From Alloascoidea hylecoeti (taxonomy: Eukaryota): DNA of 58,296 bases. Positions within the stretch are counted from its first letter, which is position 1. The number at the start of each line of letters is the position of its first letter. Where the stretch lies: NCBI GenBank assembly GCA_001600815.1, contig BCKZ01000035.1, positions 62,001 through 120,296 of the forward strand, given 5' to 3'. Under the pieces are notes generated by a model, which worked only from the letters and a program-made list of their open reading frames with translations, was not told the DNA's origin and did no database searches. Below are positions 22,894 through 33,829 of the stretch, piece by piece. Both the position numbers and the translations under genes were made by a program.

Positions 22894-23464
22894 ATGAGTG
22901 AACAGATTTATGAAAAATTTGAGAAGTTTCCGTGGGATACAGACACTGCATTTCAGGTATATATTGCTAGACTTTTAACTTATTTATAATATTCAGTTTT
23001 TGCTAAAATTGGTTTAAATTTAGAATGGCTTAAAATCGATCTTAGAAGGTGTTCCTAAGGAACAACGAGAACAAAACAAAGATGCATTGATTATTCAAGC
23101 CAAAGCATTCTACTTCTCTAAAAAAGAACAAGTTAATCTTGACTTAAGTGGTTATAATGAATGGCTAAAGAATAAAACGAGTTCAACAGCCGATAAGACC
23201 AACACCAGCAATTCAAAACCTCCATATTCATTAAACTATCAACAACTTGTGGAGCTTATTTCATCAGGACAACCTATTCCTGGGATTCAAAACGTTCCTA
23301 ATATTGTTTTAAAGAACGCTTCTGCTCCATCCGAGGCCAAGCCTAGAAAGAAACCATGGGAGATCAAAGCTGAACAGGAAGCAAAAAAACAGGCAGAAGA
23401 AGTCGAGAAGGAGACAAAGAATCAAGCAGATGAATCTGAGCAGGATGCGGAAAATAAAGAATAG
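22894..23464 (+). CDS. PEX39: PEX39-like (YJR012C/C6orf226, KPWE-motif) peroxin; exons 22894-22956, 23024-23464
   Basis: Spliced product MSEQIYEKFEKFPWDTDTAFQ-NGLKSIL...QAKAFYF...LNYQQLVELISSGQPIPGIQNVP...RKKPWE; GTATAT..TAG intron 22957-23023 keeps frame. Confidence 0.78.
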
Positions 23465-23594
23465 GATAAATGCTTACAATAAATACAATTGGGAATATAC
23501 TATAGATATAATAATAAACATGACATCACGTGCATCGCTCTTTTCTCTAACTTTCAACTCTCTCACTCCCTAACACCTTTAATATATTTACACA

Positions 23595-23993
23595 ATGTCG
23601 TTAGAAGTTGAATCAAAACTACTAAATCCAATATCTACTAGAAATATAAGGAAAAATAATGGCGTATGTGTCCAATAGGTGATGCTCATACTTTAAGAAT
23701 TTTGGGTCTAACAATTGATATTATTCTAGGCTGTACGGAGCATTCGTGACATTACATCATTAGTATTTGGAATCGGTGCCGGGATATTAAGACTTGAATC
23801 CTACGTGGGATTCGGTTTATATTTACTTGCTTTTTTAATCACGACTTTATTGATGTTTGTATTAATTACAGAAGGTACACCTAGCAAGTACTTTGAAAAT
23901 CCAATTACTGATTTTTGGTTGGGAGATCTGGTGAGAGGAATATCAAGTTATGTCCTTACTTGGACTTTGATATTTGGTCTCGTGGATATGTGA
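23595..23993 (+). CDS. EMC6: ER membrane protein complex subunit 6; exons 23595-23663, 23730-23993
   Basis: NIRKNNG-AVRSIRDITSLVFGIGAGILRLESYVGFGLY...SYVLTWTLIFGLV; intron GTATGT..CTAAC..TAG. Confidence 0.9.
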
Positions 23994-24168
23994 ATTTTAT
24001 TTAAATCTATAATAGTATAATGCAACTTTCTTGAGTCTTATCGTGTTCATTGATATCATTATCGTTAAGATCACATAATATGTAAATTTCAATTTGATGT
24101 ACGGATGTCTTGTCCATTTATTGAAAAAATAGATTTTTTATTTCAAATCATACTTCGTTGGATAAAAA

Positions 24169-25378
24169 ATGCCTACAGAACTTGAAGAAGTATATATCAT
24201 TAACGCTCATGTTCTCATTTATAAACTAACCAAATTGTTTAAATTGCATACTAGCTCGTTGGATTTCTACATTCTCCACAATTTACAATTAGAGAAATCG
24301 CAATAGATCATCTAGTTGGTTATTCAAGTGGTGATAATGCTAAAATTTTCAAAATTGAAGATTATCGAGCAATTAAGGATTTAAAAATCTTAGCTCGAGA
24401 AAAAAGTGTAAGAAATTGATACTTTTTTTAAGAGTATATATGGCTATTTACTGACCTAAATATATTTAGAGAACTATAGCTTCTCAAGCTCTGACTATTC
24501 TAGTTAATCTTTGTGATGATCGTGAAGCTTTAGAAAGGATTTCTACAGATGATAAATTCTTAGAGTTTCTTGTTACATCGATATGTAATATTGAAGAGAA
24601 GAACACAGATCTAATGTGTATTTTATTAGCAAATTGTGCTAAGAATGATAATATTATAAAAGTTTTCAATTTCAAAAAACAATTAAATAATGATATTTTC
24701 AAATCAGAAGTTTTATTAGATTCATTAATGGATTGTTTTGTTAAAGGATCAGATAGATCATTAAATAAATTTGCAAATTATGATTATCTTTCTTATTTTT
24801 TTGCTGATCTTTCAAAACATTTAAAAGGTAGAAAATATTTTATTACAAAGCAAAATTATGATAATATTGTTCCAATAACAAAACTTTTAGTTTTTACTGA
24901 AAAATATGATAATAAAGTTAGAAGGGAAGGAATTTGTTCAACTATTAAAAATTCATTATTTTCAATTGATTCTCATGAATTTTTATTAAATGATTCTGAA
25001 ATTAATTTATTACCTTATTTACTTTTACCATTGGCTGGTCCTGATGGATTAGATGAAGAAGAAATGTTTGCATTACCTGATGAATTACAGCTTCTTCCAG
25101 ATGATAAGAAACGGGAACCTTTACCTACAATAATAACTACCCATCTTGAATCTTTATTACTTCTTTGTTCTACCAGGAAATCTCGCGATTATATGAGAGA
25201 AAAGAGTGTTTACCCAATTATAAGAGAATTACATAAAGTTGTATCTGATGAAGAAGTTCAAGATCGATGTGAAAAACTAGTCGACTTTTTAATGAGAGAT
25301 GAATCATCAGAAAAACAGAAAATAGAAGAAATTGAAGAGGTCGATGAAGAAGATTATGAAATTACAGAAATTGTGTAG
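24169..25378 (+). CDS. HGH1: HGH1 (eEF2 chaperone); exons 24169-24189, 24255-24407, 24470-25378
   Basis: [16 protein letters not shown]..., [55 protein letters not shown]; spliced length 1083 nt in frame. Confidence 0.93.
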
Positions 25379-25483
25379 TTATTTATTCATACCCATACCA
25401 CTGGAATTTAAGTTTTTTAGATTAATTTTTGTGTAATTATATAACATTGACTTAATATACATGCAAATTGATATAGATCTGAA

Positions 25484-26302
25484 TTATATTGGTTTTATCT
25501 AGGAGAAGAAAAATGTTAGTTATGAGCCATTTTATAAAAAACAAATATAAATAAAATACCTTGAAATGTAAGGAAATAAGCGAGAAAATTATTGCTTTCA
25601 AGTCTTGAATCAAATAGTAAAAGACACGAAGACCTTCTGGATCCTCACTTTGTTGCACATCATTCAGAGAACCAATTTTTGCGGTCTTATTTGATATTAG
25701 TAAATTTTATTCCTGGAAATTTCAATATGCTTGTTATTAATAACTTACCTCAAAAGCAATATGGTCTTTTCCTACCCGTACTTCCAATTCTTGTTTCCCA
25801 TCCTTATTCTTTCCAGGCCATTTGGAATCATCTTCCCTTAATTTATTGTTAGTAACATATTATATTTACATATATTACAAGAGAGATTTAAATTGACGTA
25901 CTTTAGGATTTCACTATCATTGATGATCTTCTTGAATTGTTTAAGGGTCAATAAACTCACATATACTGAGAATTTTGTTAGATTTTACATGTCCAATAAA
26001 TTTTGTTAAGAAAAAACAGAGATAAAGTGCAGTTGCTTACATTCTTTTCTAATCAATGAATCTTTTCTATAGTTTGAATTATTTGCATATCTTATAACAG
26101 CACCTTTTCCATCATCTCCAAGTCTAATATCAAATTCTATATTCATCATGTTAATTATAAAAGTATAAACAAATAGATCTTTAATAAACACATACATACC
26201 TAAAAATTCGTGACCAAAACGGCCTTGATGACCTGCATAATATCTGATATAAAATGGCTCTACAATGCTTTCTGGTTTAATTTTTAGTTCTTCTGTTAGC
26301 AT
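25484..26302 (-). CDS. MAGO: Mago nashi (exon junction complex); exons 26302-26200, 26136-26041, 25965-25902, 25836-25749, 25685-25560, 25498-25484
   Basis: [20 protein letters not shown]...[17 protein letters not shown]...[15 protein letters not shown]...[43 protein letters not shown]; five GT-AG introns, 492 nt spliced. Confidence 0.95.
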
Positions 26303-27205
26303 TTCTGTGATGGATACTATAATGTCTGATGGTTGGTTGTGAAAAATGGAAAGTATAACATCAACATGGTGAGCGTCACTTAATATGAAAAACTTTTAGA
26401 AAATCAAACAAATTTAAACAGTAGAAAATGAGACTACAACACCAAAATCACTTCCATTATAATTTATATTAAATAGAAGAGAATGTAGATAAATGGCAAA
26501 TATAAATCCTGTCATTTCCAATTAAATTTTGCACTTTTTGTGAAAAAATATTTGTGTCTATTTCTTAACCGTGTAGACCTCCAGATTTCGCTTTTTTTAA
26601 AAAAAATAAGAAAGCTTAATTCCCATTGAAAATGATAAGACCTTTGGAGATTTCTAAAGATCGGCTTTGAGTCAAACTTTTGACACCATATTTTTTTGGA
26701 CTTAAAGGTGGCCGAACTTAAGTGGGAGGCTAGTCGAATAATATTACACCAGAAGGTCGAATTATTGATTTGAGCTGTGGCGAATATGTTCCCCAATGTA
26801 GTCGAATATACAGTTCAACAAGTGGTCAATATTAGCACAACGTATTAAATCAGTTTGGGGTGGTAAACTAGTTATTGAAAACTTGTGGTAATGTAGCTCG
26901 TTGATCCGCAAATATTACTGTTGATGAATTTTAAATAATATAATTGGATAGAGGGAATTCAGAATATTATTTTCCTTGTCACAAAACTTTTTCCTACTTT
27001 GATATGTGTTTTGTAATGTGTGATTGAATTGATATCTAAGATATTGCGAATTGGACGCGCTTATATGTACGAACTTTTTACATAACTTTGACTGTTTTGG
27101 GTGACTGCAAATTAAGTTGACTCATCCAAATATTTTACCCGGATTGCAATTGGATCTTTCTAATATTTTCCATTTTGCAATCTACACTTCTAGCATATTC
27201 AGAAA

Positions 27206-28536
27206 ATGTCATCAGAATCTGTCATTGACCCCAAAGAGGCTTACGAATTAATCACAAAAAACCTACAAGAGGTTCTAAATGGTCAAATTATTAAAAATGT
27301 TTTAGAAGTTGAAAAGAGACCCCTAAAAGTTTATTGGGGTAAGTAGGTTTTGTGTATTCTAAATCTTCTAAAAATTTATAATTAATAAAGTTTTCTAAAG
27401 GTACTGCTCCTACTGGAAGACCACATTGTGGATATTTTGTTCCGATGACAAAATTGGCTCATTTCTTAAAAGCTGGTTGTTATGTTATTGTTTTACTTGC
27501 TGATTTGCATGCTTTTTTGGATAATATGAAAGCACCATTGGAGGTTGTCAAATACAGAGCTAAATATTACGAGAAAGTCATTAAATCAATTTTAACATCT
27601 ATTGGTGTTCCAATAGATAAATTACATTTTGTTGTAGGTCGAGAATATCAACTTAGTCCCGAATATACATTAGATATATTCCGATTAAGTAATATTGTGT
27701 CACTGAATGATGCAAAGAGAGCTGGAGCAGATGTTGTCAAGCAAGTTTCTAATCCTTTACTTAGTGGGATGATTTATCCTTTAATGCAAGCTCTTGATGA
27801 AGAACATCTAGGTGTGGATGCTCAATTTGGTGGTGTTGATCAAAGAAAGATTTTTGTGTTAGCAGAAGAAAATTTACCATCTCTCGGTTATAAGAAGCGT
27901 GCGCATCTTATGAACCCAATGGTTCCTGGTTTAGGTCAAGGAGGGTATGTTTTTACTATAATATATTTATCAAATGGTTGAATTTGATCTAACATGATCT
28001 TAACTAGCAAAATGTCTGCATCCGATCCAAACTCCAAGATAGATTTATTGGAAGAACCTAATAAGGTTAAAAAGAAGGTGGCTAGTGCCTATTGTGCACC
28101 TGGTGAAGTTGAGGGAAATGGATTGATTGGATTTGTAGAATACGTTATTTTCCCAATTTCTGAACTTGTAGATGGCAGTGGATCATTCCATATTGCTAGA
28201 CCTGAACAATATGGAGGTGAAATTAATTACACATCAATTGAAGCTATGAAGAAAGATTTTGCAGATAATATTCTCTCTCCACAAGATTTAAAATTAGGTG
28301 TTACTGCTAAGATTAATCAGTTATTGGAACCTTTAAGAAAAGATTTTGCAAATGATGTTGAATTCCAAGAAGCAGAGAAGTTTGGTTATCCAGCTCCAGT
28401 AGAAGTTAAGAAAACAAAAAAGAAGGAGAAGAAAAATAAAGGATCTCGTTATCCAGGCGCTCAAAAATCAGCTTCGCCTGTTGTTGAAGATGAGACAAAG
28501 TCAGTTGAGTCTGCTCTTGAAAAAGTATCTATATAG
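27206..28536 (+). CDS. TYS1: Cytosolic tyrosyl-tRNA synthetase; exons 27206-27338, 27401-27944, 28008-28536
   Basis: [14 protein letters not shown] (HIGH-like), [32 protein letters not shown] (KMSKS-like); spliced 1206 nt in frame. Confidence 0.97.
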
Positions 28537-28637
28537 TTTAGTAATAATTAAAAGATACAGTATGTTCTGACCGTGTAACAATAAGAAAGAAGACACAAAA
28601 TATGCAAGTATGGTGTCTTGAAGATTACTAATACACA

Positions 28638-28666
28638 CGCCACACGCAGTGTCGCCATGTCACGTG
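28638..28666. promoter_or_regulatory. Sulfur-regulon-like promoter module upstream of CYS3: GCCACA (Met31/32 core) and TCACGTG (Cbf1)
   Basis: cgccaca at 28638-28644 and tcacgtg at 28660-28666, ~110-140 bp upstream of the ATG. Confidence 0.55.
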
Positions 28667-28776
28667 CGTGTATTGTAACCATTTGAAAAATTATTTATAT
28701 AAGAATATCGATATCCGTTGACTTTTTGATTTTTTCTTCATTGTACAAATATTAATATTAATATAATAAATAAAAA

Positions 28777-29967
28777 ATGACTGTTGAAAACATTGGGTTC
28801 GGTACTTTGGCTATTCATGCCGGTTCTCCTCATGACGCTTCCACTGGTGCTGTTATTCCTGCCATTTCTCTTTCTACTACTTTCGCACAAAAAGCTCCTG
28901 CTGTACCAATCGGTCAATATGAGTATTCAAGATCAGCTAACCCTAACAGAGATGGGTTTGAGACTGCTGTTGCTGCTCTTGAAGGTGGAGCTTATGGTTT
29001 AGCTTTTTCCTCAGGAAGTGCTACTACCGCTACTATTTTACAAAGTTTGGCACAAGGTTCGCATGTTGTTTCTATTGGAGACGTTTATGGCGGTACCCAT
29101 CGATATTTTACCAGAGTTGCAAATACTCATGGTGTTAAAGCCACTTTCACTAATAATATCCATGATGAATTGGAGTCTTTAATTACTCCTGACACTAGAC
29201 TTGTTTGGGTTGAATCTCCTTCTAATCCTACCTTGTCAGTTACAGATATACGAAAAGTTGCCGATATTGTTGAAAAAGTTAGACAATCTACAAAGCAAGA
29301 AATTTACCTTGTTGTCGACAATACTTTTCTTTCTCCTTATATTCAAAATCCTTTAAAATTAGGTGCGGATATTGTTGTTCATTCAGTTACAAAATATATC
29401 AATGGTCACTCAGATGTTGTTTTAGGTATCGCTGTTACCAATGATGATGTTATTCATGAGAAATTACGTTTCTTACAAAATGCTATTGGTGCTATCCCCT
29501 CACCATTTGATTCGTGGTTAGCTCATAGAGGTCTTAAGACATTACATTTACGTGCTCGTGCTGCTTCCTCTAATGCTTTGGCCGTTGCCAAGTTCCTCGA
29601 AGCTTCACCATATGTTATCAGTGTCAATTACCCAGGTTTAAAATCACACCCAGGAAACGCAATTGTTTTGAAACAACATCGTAATGGTCTTGGTGGTGGT
29701 ATGATTTCATTTAGAGTCAAAGGTGGTGCTAAAGGTGCAGATATTTTTGCTTCTTCTACAAAGCTTTTCACATTGGCTGAATCTCTGGGGGGTATTGAAA
29801 GTTTATTAGAAGTTCCAGCAAAAATGACACATGCTGGTATTCCTCAAGAAAGTAGAGAAAAATCTGGTGTTTATGATGATTTAATTAGGGTTAGTGTTGG
29901 TGTTGAAGAAGAAGAAGACCTTGTGGCAGATATCGCTCAGGCACTTAAAGCCGTTGCCAATATTTAA
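28777..29967 (+). CDS. CYS3: Cystathionine gamma-lyase
   Basis: YEYSRSANPNR, DVYGGTHRYF, WVESPSNP, VVDNTF, HSVTKYINGHSDV (PLP lysine), LAESLGGIESL. Confidence 0.97.
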   Translation: MTVENIGFGTLAIHAGSPHDASTGAVIPAISLSTTFAQKAPAVPIGQYEYSRSANPNRDGFETAVAALEGGAYGLAFSSGSATTATILQSLAQGSHVVSIGDVYGGTHRYFTRVANTHGVKATFTNNIHDELESLITPDTRLVWVESPSNPTLSVTDIRKVADIVEKVRQSTKQEIYLVVDNTFLSPYIQNPLKLGADIVVHSVTKYINGHSDVVLGIAVTNDDVIHEKLRFLQNAIGAIPSPFDSWLAHRGLKTLHLRARAASSNALAVAKFLEASPYVISVNYPGLKSHPGNAIVLKQHRNGLGGGMISFRVKGGAKGADIFASSTKLFTLAESLGGIESLLEVPAKMTHAGIPQESREKSGVYDDLIRVSVGVEEEEDLVADIAQALKAVANI

Positions 29968-31939
29968 GTTAATAATCTAATTATAAACTTCAAAAAAAGC
30001 TTTTATGTATTTTGTTTATTATTTTTTTACAGTTTTTTTATAATCTTTTTTTTTTTTTTTTTTGAGTATCAATCTTGATATTTGAAGATCATATATTCTG
30101 TATAGCTATTAGCTTCTTGTAATTATTATTTTTGAACGTCGCTATCATACCTTTTAGGGGAGCAATATTTATACACCCGTTTCACTTAATTCCGACCATT
30201 CATGTTACTAAATACCGGTGATCTCCATAATCAAATTTCGGCCGAGTTTGGTAAATGAAAATGTTTCACATCCCTGCATATTAAAGGGTCATAGTAATAA
30301 TAATACGTCATACAGACATTATCAGACAGTCGAAACAAGTTATGGAGAAGGCTGATAATTGGTAATCAGGATGGCTGAACTTAAGTACAATGACTATATT
30401 AGTAATTAGATAACTCTTTTCATTGAGGCCATATTTTATATAATCTAACTAGTTTAACCTCATATATAATATGGTAGGACTATCAAAGAGATCGTGTCGT
30501 AATAGTTGCGCCAAAAAGTCTTATGGCCTCTGGTTAACTGATCAAGATCTAGAGTATAAGTTATGCTTCCAACAAGGACAATATTCAACATACTCTAATC
30601 AACTAGATTTCCAAAATTTTATAACTTATCACCTACGTGTATATAATCATTCACAGATTATTGAGTAGATGTCGAAGTATTGGTTCTACTGAGCTACATA
30701 CTATATTGAGTGAATATGACACACCCATTACCTACACAATGTAGTACACATTATAAGATATTTTCATATTCCACAGTGGTTAAAGATCCCTTAAAGACTA
30801 TTCGAAGTTAAGTGGAATTCAGACTTATCGGAGGAGAAATACATTGCTTACACACATCTGGAAACAATAAAAAGAGATGCGTGTTGGAAACTTGTAATTG
30901 GAGGTAATGAGGTCAATACGCTACATCATAGAAAAACTCACACCACAACCATCTTTACAAAAAAATATATTGATTATATATTATTAGAATCATGAGATTA
31001 GGTAGATTTTAGTAATACTATTTTTAATAACCTATATTTCTTACTGCTTTTGGAATTTGTGGTCACAATGCAACAATTTTGGGTGGCCCAAAACGGACAG
31101 TATCTTTGGCCCATTTTATTTTTGGCGGTATATAGTCGAGATCCATTTTATTACATCTCGCCATAAAGAATAATTTTAAACCAAGCTTTCCCTTTAAAGA
31201 GGTAAAATCCAGAGTTAAATACTTCTAAAATAAAAGTCTTAAGCTTAGTTGAAATGAAGATTTATTAAACTTTCCTGTGCACACTATAATTATAATGAAA
31301 TATGTATAATGAATACACTTTTGTTACAATTTTTATTATTATGAAAATTTGATTAATAGTTAGAATATTATGTATACTTCAATCTAGATAAAATACATTT
31401 TTCAATATTAATTGAATTGAGGTAATTCGAAGATGATAAATCAAAAGAAAATTAATGATAAGATAATTATAAAGGAATCGATGATGGATCAAACTTGTGA
31501 GGAGAAGACATACATGCGAGCTCTAACACTTAATACTTGTAACCCGATTAAGCAATTGTCTTTTAACTCAGTCATCAAATTACTACTCGTGGTATCTTCT
31601 AGTAAAATTGTTGTATAAAAAAAATGATATGATTAAATGGAGTTCTTCTTTCCCGAAACTTTCTACCAATGCGTAAGGGGTTTCGGTAAGAACACGACGT
31701 TAACATTGATCTTACAATTGACATGAATTCATGTTACATAAATTATTCTTCAGTGTACTTTATATTTCTCCATTATCGCCGCTTTTTTCATATCAATAGG
31801 AAACACATATCAAAAACGATAATGAACTGAAAGAATTATTAGAAATAAGTAGGTCCGAATAAACCAGCGTAAAATCTGTATTTTTTTTTAACTTTACATT
31901 TAATTTCCGATTAAATATATCTAAATAATTTAAATCCTC

Positions 31940-32800
31940 TAACTAGAAACTATTAAATTGAGGAAATCAGGCCAAGAGTATGAAGCCTCTTCATTACTTC
32001 TCTTTCATTTTCTCTTCTTGTTTTCCTTATTTAGTATATCTCTTTATCTTACCTCCATGTTATTTTATTTAGATTATTTTTCTTTTTTATTTTTATATTT
32101 TTTTTCTGTATCTATTATTAAATTTTTGATTCCTATTTTTGATTCCTAATATTCCTTTTTTGTAATATCTTAAGTGTGTTACAGTCTTCAAAAATATTAT
32201 TAATATCATCTTTTCCATTTTGGCAAAGACTATATATATCTGATTTGTGCCACCATTCTTTCGCATTTTTATTGATATAAAACATATGTTTCACGTATCC
32301 TAAGCTGAAAAGATGAACCCATTGTGTTTCTTCTGGATCTCTTTTGTATGCTTTTTTAATGCCTTTCCACCAGTTTTTCCAATTTTCTTCTTTTTGATTG
32401 GGATATTTTGTCAAAAAATGGTTCAGTTTTAGTACTAGCTTTTCATTCTGATAAATGTTTTTTTTTTATTAATTGTTTTTTTCTAACCTTTCTTATATTT
32501 TCCAATTNTTCTTTTTTTTTTTTTTTTAAACTTTTCATATATTTTCCAATTAAATTATATGACTAGAAACTATGTAAATTCTGAGGAAATCTCTACTATA
32601 TCTAGTGAAATAAAAACCTCTCTTTCTATTCTTCTTATTTTTGTGTATTCTTGACACTCTTCTTTCTTCCCTTCTTATGTACCTAGACCACCTTTAAAGT
32701 ATTTATTTTTTTTTTTTTATTTTTTTTTTTAGATATATTTTACTTTTTCAAGCTTTTAGATATTAGAATCCCCCAATCAATCTCATTTAATATTTGTATT
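31940..32800 (-). mobile_element. Probable decayed non-LTR (LINE) ORF2 3'-end fragments, two in tandem
   Basis: ORF 32133-32414 ends YSLCQNGKDDINNIFEDC, resembling the CxxC-x8-H-xF-xxC zf-RVT knuckle, with upstream W-rich WKNWWK; strong A-skew on minus strand; shared end motif actagaaactat..aaatt..gaggaaatc at ~31942 and ~32562. Confidence 0.5.
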
Positions 32801-32880
32801 TTTGTGTTTATGATCAATAAATTCTACTAAACTCTGTACGAATGTGACAGTCACTAACCATTTTCAGGTGGTATGAACCT

Positions 32881-32963
32881 GGAGGGTTGGCCGAGTGGTC
32901 TAAGGCGGCAGACTTAAGATCTGCTGGACGTTGTCCGCGCGAGTTCGAACCTCGCATCCTTCA
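32881..32963 (+). tRNA. tRNA-Leu(UAA), intronless, long variable arm
   Basis: GGAGGGT acceptor/ATCCTTC-A; D-arm GCCGAGTGGTCTAAGGC; anticodon stem GCAGA-CT-TAA-GA-TCTGC; T-arm GCGAG-TTCGAAC-CTCGC; T-run terminator just downstream. Confidence 0.98.
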
Positions 32964-33829
32964 TTATATTTTTAGTTTCTATTTTACAGTGTTTTTGGAA
33001 CTTTCGTTGACACAACAGTTGAAGCATCCTCTCATATGAGGTCCAATTCTTTTCTTGTGCAATACTCAATTATATTCATAATTATACGGTTTAATTTTCT
33101 TGATATATTAAATAATGTGTGGGAAAAAAAAAAGTTGTCAAATCATAAAGTAGTTGGTGTGCGTCTACCAAATCTAGAAGAAAGTTTCTCATAATTATCA
33201 GCATTATTCTTATTATTATTTGTAGTACGTTGTTGTGTTGATCCTAATAATCCAAAATTTTGAGATCGGGATTTGATAATATACCATTACTTTCTTTATC
33301 TTTATCATTATTATTATCCTTTGTTTTATGATTATTATTAGAATTCGAACTACAATGTGAAAACAAATTATACTATGATACGTTCAACAGTGCAAAAAGA
33401 TATAATTATATTCATGTTATGTTGTGAATAAAAAAAGTCACAAATATCCATATATCGATAACTACGCAAATACCAAAGAAGATATAGAAAACGAAGTAAT
33501 AAAAGGAAGGCACTTTCAATTGTCAATTTCTTTTCTCTTGTCATAAAAAAAAAGAAGAAAACAAAAAAAATATGCAAATGTGATCTACCTATATAAACCA
33601 ACTTCAACATAATTCAAAGAAAAAAAAAGAAATAAAAAAGAAGGGCATATACATATATATATCATAAATATATATAATCCATATAAAATAATATATCCAT
33701 AAATATGGTGAATAATAGTAATAATAATATTAATAATAATAAATTGAGAATTATCTTTTTTTTTTTTTTTTTTTTTTTTTGAAAGTTAATTTATAATTAA
33801 TTAAATAAATTTAAAATGTTAAGACAATT

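Noticed and set aside
26512..26796. 94-aa ORF between mago and TYS1, and a short match (ggccgaacttaagt vs ggctgaacttaagt) to ~30374
   Set aside because: No recognisable motif; match too short to establish a repeat
30130..31620. Short ORFs or possible decayed TE downstream of CYS3
   Set aside because: No diagnostic motifs or terminal repeats found by eye
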